From a bacterium UBP16_UBA6123 (GTDB lineage Bacteria; Muiribacteriota; UBA9980), in the NCBI GenBank assembly GCA_002423385.1, contig DIVV01000128.1, forward strand, positions 87 to 64,086: a stretch of 64,000 nt of DNA, read 5' to 3'. Every line of letters begins with the position of its first letter. The first letter of the stretch is position 1. Below are positions 19,880 to 28,473 of this stretch, one piece after another. The translations under genes and the position numbers were made by a program. The notes below the pieces were generated by a model. The model saw only the letters and a list, made by a program, of their open reading frames with translations. It ran no database searches and had not been told where the DNA came from.

Positions 19880-20415
19880 ATGGATATCAATCAGCTTAAA
19901 ACGGAGAATGAAAAATTAAAATCCGAATGTACAAGACTCGGTTCTGAAGTCGAAACATTGCGCCGGCGTCTTGAAAAATATGAGGTACCGCGTCTGAAAA
20001 GGCTGATATTATTTTTGACGAAAAGACTTTCTGGCCTGTATTTTCAAACGATATCACCTCTGCTTCGAGGGAGGTCGTAATCCTCAGTCCTTTCATGAAA
20101 CCCGCAAGAACGAGGCTGGTTATTAAAAATCTTTCCATTGCAGCCGCTCAGGGTGCGGATATATCCGTTGTGACCAGGCCGCCGGATGATTACAAGGAAG
20201 ATAGCGGAAGGATCGTCGCGGAACTTGCCGGATTATTAGAAGACGCGCACGTTAAGGTCTCATATAAAAAGAATATGCATCAGAAATACGCGATAATCGA
20301 CCGCCGCATAGTCTGGTACGGCAGCATGAATTTTATGAGTTTTGGCTCGAGTGGAGAAAGTTTGATGCGCCTTGAAAGTTATGAGATAGCGGGCGAACTT
20401 CTTGCGAACGTTTAA
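19880..20415 (+). pseudogene. Frameshifted remnant of a PLD-superfamily (HKD) nuclease
   Basis: Frame beginning after TGA at 19981 encodes ...DIIFDEKTFWPVFSNDITSASREVVILSPFMKPARTRLV...MHQKYAIIDRRIVWYGSMNF (HxK-x4-D...GSxN motif). Upstream coiled-coil ORF 19880..20080 is in another frame. No intact N-terminal domain is present. Confidence 0.45.
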
Positions 20416-20950
20416 AATTCTGAAGATTTTCCATAAGCTCAGATACGCTTGCCGGTTCGGTCGAAACAATTTTCAATAATAATTTTACTTGTTCGGTTAC
20501 TTGAGCGGTCGTTTTATCAACTTTTGTCTTCTGGTAAGGCTTTTCATCTTTTTTAGCCTCAACCAGCGGTAGCCTGAATTCGAACGCTTTTCTTCCGCGA
20601 TCATTTACATACTCCGGTTCCGGATGTCCCTGCTCCACCCACTGTGCCTTCATCATGCGAAGCCCGGTTCCGGCCTGCTCGCATAATGCAAGGCGCCTGA
20701 ACGCTGCCGCGATCTTCGGATTGCGCGCTTCTTTTTCGCCCGGTTCCATAAGGTTCGCATAGTTACCGAATACGTCGCCGGGATTCCAGAGCCAGACGAC
20801 ATCCTTATAAAATTTGATGACCGCCTTTCTGCTGTGATCGCCATAATCTTGATGAATGAGCAAATTGATTGCCGCCTCGCGGAATACGCGATATCATGGT
20901 TTACCTTGTCGTCCGCTCGAAGCGCGCTTAGAAAGTCGTTCTGGACCTTA
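20333..20950 (-). pseudogene. Internally deleted, frameshifted remnant of a Schlafen/AlbA_2 + HATPase_c_4 protein (paralogue of 24475..26025)
   Basis: Two frames carry ANANGGWIVFGVVATKDDYQPVGVELVDKVQNDFLSALRAD and LIHQDYGDHSRKAVIKFYKDVVWLWNPGD...EQAGTGLRMM. They correspond to SNTEGGNLVFGIKDNGGG...VEKLQNDFLSTLRGE and VNVLIHRDYFDNTQARMRIFNDRIETYNAG...ETAGSGMLKI of the intact 516-aa gene. The first piece is fused in frame to the AbiEii ORF. Confidence 0.5.
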
Positions 20951-21804
20951 TCGACGAGTTCGACGCCAACCGGCTGGTAATCGTCTTTTGTGGCAACGAC
21001 GCCGAAAACTATCCAGCCGCCATTAGCGTTAGCAAATACCGACCATTTTTCCTGATTTTCCCTTGAAGCCGCGAAATCATCGCTAAAAACAATATCGAGG
21101 CTGCCGATTAAAGTTTTTCTGTTTTCAAATGTTCTGGTTATTGCCTCATAAAGATCGCTCATTTTGAGTAGATTGGTTTTGGATAAAAATGCGATATCAT
21201 AGAAATCCTTCATCCTGCTATTTAGAAATCCGAGTTTGGCTACTGCTTCAAGTTTCTCAGAAATGGCGGATGACAAAGAATAAACGTAAATTTCAGGACG
21301 CGGATTTTGTTCCAGTAATACCGGGTATTCAATCAGAACAGGTCCAGAAACTATAACGTCCCCAAATCCCATATCGATTTGGATATTTTTTTCGGCTTTT
21401 TCAAGCGTTGCCGACAGTGTGATTCGCGCCCCGGCGTAATCGGCATCTTTATTTATTTTTTCAATGCTTATGCCTTCACTATTGAAAGTTACGCCGTCTT
21501 CGCAGGTGATCTGAAGAATCTCTTTGATTTTTTTGACAATGCTTTCGGTTTCGTTCGATGTTGACCTTGCAAGTAAATCTATATCTTTGGTCGGCCTGGT
21601 TCCGGCGATTTCATACGAAACGAAAAGCAACGCGCCTTTCAAAACGAATTGCTCGCGATACCTTGAAATTGAAAGCCTGTATAAAAGTCTTTCCTGGAAA
21701 TATTGCGTCAGTATCGAATCGAATATCCGGCCGCCTTTATGGGCCAGGTTCAAAAGTTTCTCTTTTACTGAAGCAGCTGTATTTTTTATAGTTTTCTTAC
21801 TCAA
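20653..21804 (-). CDS. AbiEii/AbiGii-family nucleotidyltransferase toxin (type IV TA), C-terminally fused in frame to AlbA_2 remnant
   Basis: N-terminal about 270 aa match the DUF1814/AbiEii architecture and lie immediately downstream of an AbiEi antitoxin gene. The toxin portion probably ends near 21000; remaining residues derive from the adjacent remnant gene. Confidence 0.55.
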   Translation of the reverse strand: MSKKTIKNTAASVKEKLLNLAHKGGRIFDSILTQYFQERLLYRLSISRYREQFVLKGALLFVSYEIAGTRPTKDIDLLARSTSNETESIVKKIKEILQITCEDGVTFNSEGISIEKINKDADYAGARITLSATLEKAEKNIQIDMGFGDVIVSGPVLIEYPVLLEQNPRPEIYVYSLSSAISEKLEAVAKLGFLNSRMKDFYDIAFLSKTNLLKMSDLYEAITRTFENRKTLIGSLDIVFSDDFAASRENQEKWSVFANANGGWIVFGVVATKDDYQPVGVELVDKVQNDFLSALRADDKVNHDIAYSARRQSICSFIKIMAITAERRSSNFIRMSSGSGIPATYSVTMRTLWNRAKKKRAIRRSRQRSGALHYASRPEPGFA

Positions 21805-21813
21805 TTCATAACC

Positions 21814-22410
21814 TCATTGCTCGACGAGCGCCTTGAGATAAGGAGTTATTATATTTTTCACCCTGCATTTCGCAGCATAATCAAGCAATTTACCGATGTC
21901 ATATTTATTTTTTCTAATATAGTTTTTGAGCCCTTCTATTGCGATATCTTCGCCAATCTTCTTTCTGAACCTGAAAAGATCGCATATGGTTTTTTCGAGT
22001 TCATATACTCTGATGGCGCCTCCGGCGGCAGATGCCTTTATGATTCCCAGCTCATGCAGTCTTTTCGAAAAATAAAAGAAGTTTACAGGCGGGTAAGAAA
22101 GCGTTATTTTTCTGCCGCTGTTGGGAATGGCCGCATAGATAACCGAAGGGTTTTGAAGCGTCATGCCATAATACTCGAGAGCGGAAATCAGACATATCAC
22201 GATCGAAGGATTGGCATTGCATACATCTACCAGTCCGGAATTTTCACGAACATTATAATTCGACAATTTATACAATCCGGGCTTGATCTTGGAAATAACT
22301 TTATCGGCGAGAGCTTTAGCGATATTTCTTGTATATATGCCAGCGGCGACAAGATCTTTTGACCTTGCATATCCCTTATTTTGTTTTAAAAATTTTACCA
22401 GTTTATCCAT
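21814..22410 (-). CDS. AbiEi-family antitoxin / transcriptional regulator (type IV TA)
   Basis: 198 aa; N-terminal wHTH-like (YARSKDLVAAGIYTRNI...GLYKL) and C-terminal LEKTICDL motif typical of AbiEi; 9-nt gap to AbiEii. Confidence 0.65.
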   Translation of the reverse strand: MDKLVKFLKQNKGYARSKDLVAAGIYTRNIAKALADKVISKIKPGLYKLSNYNVRENSGLVDVCNANPSIVICLISALEYYGMTLQNPSVIYAAIPNSGRKITLSYPPVNFFYFSKRLHELGIIKASAAGGAIRVYELEKTICDLFRFRKKIGEDIAIEGLKNYIRKNKYDIGKLLDYAAKCRVKNIITPYLKALVEQ

Positions 22411-22534
22411 AATTTAACCCGCTCGATGATTAGTTTTTACTGTATTTTAATTACATATACATTCATTTCTAATCAAATTATACTATAAAAATTCGAAAAT
22501 TTCAAGTTGTTTATTATTCCTTTAATCAGTTTAT

Positions 22535-22580
22535 AAGAGCCAGCCACTGGATTTGAACCCGCGGCCCCAGGGTTTACGAT
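22535..22580 (-). repeat. Diverged 3' half of a tRNA-Thr gene (putative att-type direct repeat of tRNA-Thr at 46442..46514)
   Basis: gccagccactggatttgaacccgcggccccagggtttacga aligns with gccaaccacgggagtcgaacccgcgacctgcggtttacga of the intact tRNA (about 80% identity from the 3' end through the anticodon), in the same orientation. Confidence 0.5.
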
Positions 22581-23012
22581 TTTGATTTTCGGAGTTGGGT
22601 CAAGTTGGGTTATCTTTGAAAGCCTTTTTTTATCAACGGTTTTATTTTTTACCGTTTAAGTCTGATTAGCGGTCCTTAGGTCTAATTTTGTTAAAAGTGG
22701 TGCCAATTTGGTGCCAAGTTCGATTCAGGTTTTAATAGGGTTTTCAAGGCAAGCGCTTTAAAAACCTTTTATATGTTGGTATTTTCAATAAATCAGTATC
22801 TTCTTTAAGAATTTTTAAGCCTTTAATTCGAAAGCCTTTGTTCATATGTTTAACTTGTATATATACATACTAAAGACAAGATATTACATTTCAGTTTTTT
22901 CCTTGTTTTCCATTATTTACAGCCATGATGAAAGGTATTGCTTAAACTAAAAATATTTGTTATAATAAGTATATATACAAGTTAAAACGAAGGCGGCAAA
23001 GGAAAACGAAAT

Positions 23013-23888
23013 ATGGCTTTATCAAGGCTCGAAGCGGCTAAATCAAATATATTGGAATTTTTCGAATCACAGCCCGAAACCATTTTTAAGCGGACTGCTA
23101 TAGAAAAAATATTTAAAGATAACTTTAAGACCTGGAACCTGGCACACACGATAACCGTCCTTAAATTTATAAATTTTTTAAAGGAACACGGAAAACTTCG
23201 TGAGTTGACGTTTAAGTTTCCCATACAAAAAATCGTCAGATACGTCTGGGGCGGAACACCCTCCTTATACCAAATCGCCTCGACATTTTATCCTGATTCT
23301 TACTTCACCCATTATACGGCGGTTTATTTACACGAACTTACGGACCAGGTCCCCCGGTCCGTCTATATCAACTTCGAACAGCCCGCTAAAGCCTTCCGCG
23401 ACAGCGAATTAGTCCAGGAACGAATCAACCACGCCTTCACCAATAAGCAACGGATAACCAACAATTTCGCCGCTTATGAAGAGTTTAAAATTTATTTATT
23501 GAACGGAATGTATACGAAAAAGACTGGCGTTATTGAAATGACCGGCCCGGATGGTGAAAAAATATCCGTCACCAGCCTCGAACGAACGCTAATCGACATA
23601 ACCGTCAGGCCAGCCTATGCCGGCGGAGTGTTTGAAGTTTTACGGGCATACAAGGCCGCTCGGGAGCGCGTATCGGTTAATAAACTCACGGCTATGCTCA
23701 AACGGCTGAACTACGTCTATCCCTATCATCAGGCCATTGGTTTTTATCTTGAAAAAGCCGGCTACAAAGAAACGCAAATTAATCTTCTGAAAAAATTCGC
23801 CATAGAATTTGATTTTTATCTAACGCACCAGATAAAAGAAAAAGGGTACTCGAAAAAGTGGCGGTTATATTACCCCAGGGGCTTCTAA
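23013..23888 (+). CDS. Orphan AbiEi-like antitoxin-family protein (AbiEi_3/4-like C-terminal domain)
   Basis: 291 aa; SLYQIASTFYPDSYFTHYTAVYLHELTDQVP and SLERTLIDI motifs typical of AbiEi-type regulators; no cognate nucleotidyltransferase downstream. Confidence 0.4.
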   Translation: MALSRLEAAKSNILEFFESQPETIFKRTAIEKIFKDNFKTWNLAHTITVLKFINFLKEHGKLRELTFKFPIQKIVRYVWGGTPSLYQIASTFYPDSYFTHYTAVYLHELTDQVPRSVYINFEQPAKAFRDSELVQERINHAFTNKQRITNNFAAYEEFKIYLLNGMYTKKTGVIEMTGPDGEKISVTSLERTLIDITVRPAYAGGVFEVLRAYKAARERVSVNKLTAMLKRLNYVYPYHQAIGFYLEKAGYKETQINLLKKFAIEFDFYLTHQIKEKGYSKKWRLYYPRGF

Positions 23889-24128
23889 TTTATCCGCCAT
23901 GGCGGCCACGTAATCGAAATAATAGTCGAAATCTTTAAGCACGGCGCTTTTTTTAACCGTGTCTTTAAGCGAGCTATAGTCCTGCTCGTGATATGACCTG
24001 TATTCTTTTATTTTGCCGATAAGGGCCAGAGGGACTTTCTTAGCGCCATAAGCTCGTCATCCGAAACCATGGCTATTATCACCAGATTTTTTATGTGGTC
24101 GAAAGTGCTTATTTCCAAAACATTGCCT

Positions 24129-24425
24129 CTAATCAAGATTTTTGATTTTATTTTTAGTCCCGCATACCGGACATTTATAAATATTTTTCCACTTCTTTTT
24201 AAACCGCAATCCGCTGTCGTTAGAACTCCTGGAACCCCGATGATAAGTCACAAGGCGTCCATCGAACGTTACATCTTCCACGAGGTCGCATCCGGCGCAT
24301 TTTATGAGCTCGCGTTCATCCATAAACAAACCAAGTTTAGCCGCTTCTTTTTGAAGTGCGGCTATTCGCCTCGCCAGTGGCAGAATACTTGAAAGGAGTT
24401 CGTCATGCACTTTTTTCTTACCCAT
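24129..24425 (-). CDS. Small zinc-ribbon protein, hypothetical
   Basis: 98 aa with CAGC...CPVCG; 49 nt downstream of the AlbA_2/HATPase gene on the same strand. Confidence 0.3.
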   Translation of the reverse strand: MGKKKVHDELLSSILPLARRIAALQKEAAKLGLFMDERELIKCAGCDLVEDVTFDGRLVTYHRGSRSSNDSGLRFKKKWKNIYKCPVCGTKNKIKNLD

Positions 24426-24474
24426 CGATTTACCCGCCGGAAAATATTATTTGAGCTCCAGGCCTATCAAAAAT

Positions 24475-26025
24475 TCACGAGATAACTTTTTTACCTTTGT
24501 CGGTCGTAACATATTTTTGTTTGGAACTGTTGGGTTTATCAGGCACGGTTAGTTCGAGCAGGCCATCATCAATCAATGGGACGATATATTTATTCCTGAA
24601 CTTAGTCCTATTATTTAATTGAAACAGCGACATTATTTCTACCATCGACCGTGGCTGAACGCAACATTTAAGGATTTCAAGAGATTCCGAACTTAGTCCC
24701 AACTTAGTCCCAACTTGGTCCCGACTTGGTCCCGACTTGGTGCCGACTTGATGCTGACCGGGTACCAACTTAATGACCGAACGTTTTTCTTCCATCGGGA
24801 ACGTCATCTTGAAATAATAATTAGCGACATTATTATCGATAACCGGCGTCTTATAATTCAGCTGCTTCCATGCGCTAAAAATCTTAAGCATTCCACTGCC
24901 GGCGGTTTCGGCAAATCCTACCATGCGAAAAAGTTTTGCTATCAAGGGATTACGAGGTGCAGTGGCCTCGTTGCTTATTATTTCTTCGACGGTCTTGGGT
25001 GCAGCGCCGGCGTTGTAGGTCTCGATTCTATCGTTAAAAATTCTCATTCTGGCCTGGGTATTGTCGAAGTAGTCACGATGTATTAAAACATTGACCAGGG
25101 CCTCGCGCATGGCAATCACGATAGGAACGTTCTCGGTTCTGGTTATATTGTCAGGTTCCATCATGAAGGGAATCTCGACCTTGCTTTTTATGTAGTTCAT
25201 AGCCTCATAGAAGGTCTGGAAGAGATTGACTTCATAAATCTTCCGGTCATCCCAGCGAATATCAGGAAACCCTTTTTCACGGGAACGTATCAGGTAAATG
25301 TCGAACTCATAGGCCGGAAAACGACTGCGGATACTATCTTCCTTCCCGAATACAAGAAGTCCGGCCATGGTCAGTTCTTCCTTGCCTGAAACCGGATTAA
25401 CTTTCAGACATCCGAGCTTCATAAGCAGTTCCGCCGTTTTTAACTTATGAAAGAGGCTCTCGGGTAGTCTTAATTCAAGCAAATTCTTATATTCTGATAC
25501 TGTTTTCGAATCGATATCCTTGACGCCGTATCCTTCAAGTATCATAGAATCGGAAGAAAACTCTGACGCCTCACGCAACATCCGGTTAACTTCCTCACGG
25601 CTGCATTTATAGTCGCCGCTGCCGCGCCTTATGTATGTATTGCGGATATCGCCGCCGAAGTAAATCGGCTTACAGTTTCGCGGCATCGAGTTTATGTGGA
25701 ACAGCAGGACCTTCTTGCCATCGAAGTCAAGAATATGAGCCTTAGAGGACAGCTGAATATTGAACTTTTCACCGCGCAGAGTTGAAAGAAAGTCATTCTG
25801 AAGCTTTTCGACGTTCTCGACACCGGTAATCTCGAACTTGCCTCCACCATTATCCTTAATACCGAATACAAGATTGCCGCCTTCGGTATTTGAAAATGAG
25901 CTGACGGTTTCCCAGGCGCTCTTCGGCACTTCGTTTTTAGCAGCTTTAACTTCGAAGTCTTCCCATTCGTGCATTTTAAGACGTTCGAGTAAGACTTTCT
26001 TTTTTAAAATGGCGGATATTGGCAT
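24475..26025 (-). CDS. Schlafen-like AlbA_2 + HATPase_c_4 + C-terminal wHTH protein (RecG-C-terminal-like putative regulator/ATP-binding protein)
   Basis: N-terminal ETVSSFSNTEGGNLVFGIKDNGG (AlbA_2), central VNVLIHRDYFDNTQ...ETAGSGMLKI (HATPase_c_4), C-terminal wHTH-like tail; contains a 12-nt tandem repeat at 24688-24785. Confidence 0.6.
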   Translation of the reverse strand: MPISAILKKKVLLERLKMHEWEDFEVKAAKNEVPKSAWETVSSFSNTEGGNLVFGIKDNGGGKFEITGVENVEKLQNDFLSTLRGEKFNIQLSSKAHILDFDGKKVLLFHINSMPRNCKPIYFGGDIRNTYIRRGSGDYKCSREEVNRMLREASEFSSDSMILEGYGVKDIDSKTVSEYKNLLELRLPESLFHKLKTAELLMKLGCLKVNPVSGKEELTMAGLLVFGKEDSIRSRFPAYEFDIYLIRSREKGFPDIRWDDRKIYEVNLFQTFYEAMNYIKSKVEIPFMMEPDNITRTENVPIVIAMREALVNVLIHRDYFDNTQARMRIFNDRIETYNAGAAPKTVEEIISNEATAPRNPLIAKLFRMVGFAETAGSGMLKIFSAWKQLNYKTPVIDNNVANYYFKMTFPMEEKRSVIKLVPGQHQVGTKSGPSRDQVGTKLGLSSESLEILKCCVQPRSMVEIMSLFQLNNRTKFRNKYIVPLIDDGLLELTVPDKPNSSKQKYVTTDKGKKVIS

Positions 26026-26063
26026 GTTAGAACTCCATAAAAAACTTTTTGAATATTAAGAAA

Positions 26064-28469
26064 TCAGTTTTTAGTTAAATTTTTATTTTGGGAAGAGGTT
26101 GAATCATAATAATCATTTAACCACTTAGGCCAAGGCTGAATTTTAAGATACTTCTTTTGAGTCCATTCACAAAGCGGACTAATATTTTGCCAATATAAAC
26201 GCCTTTTTAAAAATTCAGGCTGGTCATTGAGGCTTAACGTCAGTATAGTTTTATTTAAAAACAATTCTTCGCCAGTCAAAATTATTACGTCGTTATAAAG
26301 TTTAGTCTGCTTAAATATATTTCTGTTTAAATTAATAAATTTTTCAAGCAACTCTATTTCTGTTGAATTTAAATTACTTCCTAATTTGGCAAAAACGACA
26401 GTAACTCCGGGAAAACAATTAACTATCGTTTCCATTCGCGAAAAATCATCTTGAGTAAATTCATTATAAGATTTACATTCAACAAATAAGGTATCATAAT
26501 GATTTTCTTCTGAATGCATGTCGGTTTTCACAAACATAGCTAGGTCAACTTCAAAGTTAATTTTTTTATCTTTATTCTTTAAAATTGTTCCAATTATAGG
26601 GGTAGTCTTAAGTTCCAAAATGCTTGAAAAAAACCTTAATGCTAATAAAACAGACAAAGCACCATCAGATTTTTTTATATCGCTAAAAGGGCCGATAACG
26701 CGATACGACCATTTAACATCTTGGGGAGAATGGGATGGTATTTCAAATCTATCTAAGCAATTCGGGCATTGAACTTCATAATCAAAAGTTTTTAATGAAT
26801 GCCAACCACGCTTGCTGCAATGCGGGCATTGGATTTCAACTCCTAACTTTATTATATTCATTTTAATTAAGTCTTGAATTATAACTTTAGGATTATAATT
26901 TTTACTATCGCGACTATTATAGTTTTTGAATATCTTCCCCAACAGTTCATTTTTGCAATTGTTTTCATGATTGTATATCTTGTTAAGTTTCCCATTAAGG
27001 CTCTCTGCATTACAACTGGTTTCCGAAACGTCCGTCAATAATTTGATTAAATCACTTTTAGCTAAAACTGACACTTTATGTAAAGTGCCGACCTGCTTTA
27101 GCATTTGCTTGGCGCTCTTACCTGCTGACGAAAAATCACAATTCCAGTCTCTGCCTCTAAACCAATTCAAAAATATGCTCTCAGAGCTAGGAATTTTCAT
27201 TTCAATTTCTGAATCTAATCGATTTACAAAATATGATATTTCACCTGAATTTTTGACCAAATATTTATTATCAAAAGATGAGAAAAAACTAAGACCATAA
27301 GTATTTAAAGAGCGAGGTAAAACTTCAGGAACTAAAAAATCATCATGATGAATATTTAGTTTGAAATCATTCGAACAATAAATCGGCCGATATTCTGAGT
27401 ATCGATTGATAAAACAAGGCAATAAAGGAGTGATATTTATTGATGAATGGTAATCAGAAAAACTTTGATTTTTATTATCTACTTCGAATCGAGAAAAATT
27501 ATTATTATCTTTATTTATACAAGGAAAAAATAGTTGAATACCAACATCAACCTGAGGTGAAATAGAATTATAATAAGATTTAAATAAACCTGCGATATGC
27601 TTAAGAATTTTATCATCCGAAATTGAACGACTTTTTATAATAAAAACATGGCAACGAACATTATCAGTAAAGAAATCCGGGACATATGCCTTGCAAGCAA
27701 AATCCGCATATTTTTTAATATCGTCATCTGAAAAGTTACTTGGAACAGGCCAGATATTAATTCCTGTTGCACGCAAATTCCAAAAATCAATAATATCGGA
27801 ATAATTTTCTTGGTCAAGCAAATAAAAGTAGTTGTTATGAACTCCATTCTTCGAAAACCTTTTGATATTGAAAGTATTAAGGAATAAGATATAATTATTT
27901 CTCGCTGCGTGCCACTTATAAAACTCATTACTTAAATTCTTTGGACTCTCGGGAAAATTTTGAACGATTCCTTTTAATAATGATTTTTCATTTTCAAACG
28001 CAAGTTTTCCAAATAATGCTGTTAAAAATAATTCATTTTGAACATCAAAAATTGGAATTATCATTTTTTCATACTGTTGTCTCGCATTATCTAATAAATA
28101 GTCACTTATTTCTAAAATATTGCATCCATAAATATTTGTATTTCTGTCAATTAATTCCGAAGAATCAATAATTTTTCGGCTTCCGATTTCAAAGTTTATT
28201 TGGTCAATATCACCAAATTTCACAATAATATCCGGATCAAATGCTTCGATATAGCCCGAAAGAATTTTATCAATATCTTCTACGTCAAAATATTTGTCAC
28301 GCCAAATTTCTGGGATACTATTATAAACCGGAATTATCGGATTATAAATGCCTCCCCAGAGCAATGTATTTATATTTATAGCTTCCAGCAAGACCTTTTT
28401 ATCGCCTGGCGGAACTAAAAAAGCAAATCTCAAAGGTCTAAGAGTTATATCAATGTTTCCATTGGCCAT
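26064..28469 (-). CDS. Large hypothetical protein (801 aa) with paired CxxC zinc ribbon and possible C-terminal PD-(D/E)xK-like motif
   Basis: CPHCSKRGW...CPNCLDRF; near the C-terminus VKTD...(15 aa)...FVECKSY. No P-loop. Very AT-rich. The start lies 4 nt after the stop of the 343-aa gene. Confidence 0.4.
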   Translation of the reverse strand: MANGNIDITLRPLRFAFLVPPGDKKVLLEAININTLLWGGIYNPIIPVYNSIPEIWRDKYFDVEDIDKILSGYIEAFDPDIIVKFGDIDQINFEIGSRKIIDSSELIDRNTNIYGCNILEISDYLLDNARQQYEKMIIPIFDVQNELFLTALFGKLAFENEKSLLKGIVQNFPESPKNLSNEFYKWHAARNNYILFLNTFNIKRFSKNGVHNNYFYLLDQENYSDIIDFWNLRATGINIWPVPSNFSDDDIKKYADFACKAYVPDFFTDNVRCHVFIIKSRSISDDKILKHIAGLFKSYYNSISPQVDVGIQLFFPCINKDNNNFSRFEVDNKNQSFSDYHSSINITPLLPCFINRYSEYRPIYCSNDFKLNIHHDDFLVPEVLPRSLNTYGLSFFSSFDNKYLVKNSGEISYFVNRLDSEIEMKIPSSESIFLNWFRGRDWNCDFSSAGKSAKQMLKQVGTLHKVSVLAKSDLIKLLTDVSETSCNAESLNGKLNKIYNHENNCKNELLGKIFKNYNSRDSKNYNPKVIIQDLIKMNIIKLGVEIQCPHCSKRGWHSLKTFDYEVQCPNCLDRFEIPSHSPQDVKWSYRVIGPFSDIKKSDGALSVLLALRFFSSILELKTTPIIGTILKNKDKKINFEVDLAMFVKTDMHSEENHYDTLFVECKSYNEFTQDDFSRMETIVNCFPGVTVVFAKLGSNLNSTEIELLEKFINLNRNIFKQTKLYNDVIILTGEELFLNKTILTLSLNDQPEFLKRRLYWQNISPLCEWTQKKYLKIQPWPKWLNDYYDSTSSQNKNLTKN

Positions 28470-28473
28470 ATTT

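Noticed and set aside
23893-23904. 12-nt palindrome ccgccatggcgg after the 291-aa gene
   Set aside because: It has no loop and no T-tract; it could be coincidental or a restriction-site-like palindrome, and there is insufficient evidence for a terminator.
23890-24070. Apparent minus-strand ORF (…MVSDDELMALRKSLWPLSAK) that looked like a toxin remnant convergent with the AbiEi-like gene
   Set aside because: Re-translation shows a TAA stop (plus-strand tta at 24008-24010) directly after SAK. There is no continuous reading frame, so it is not called.
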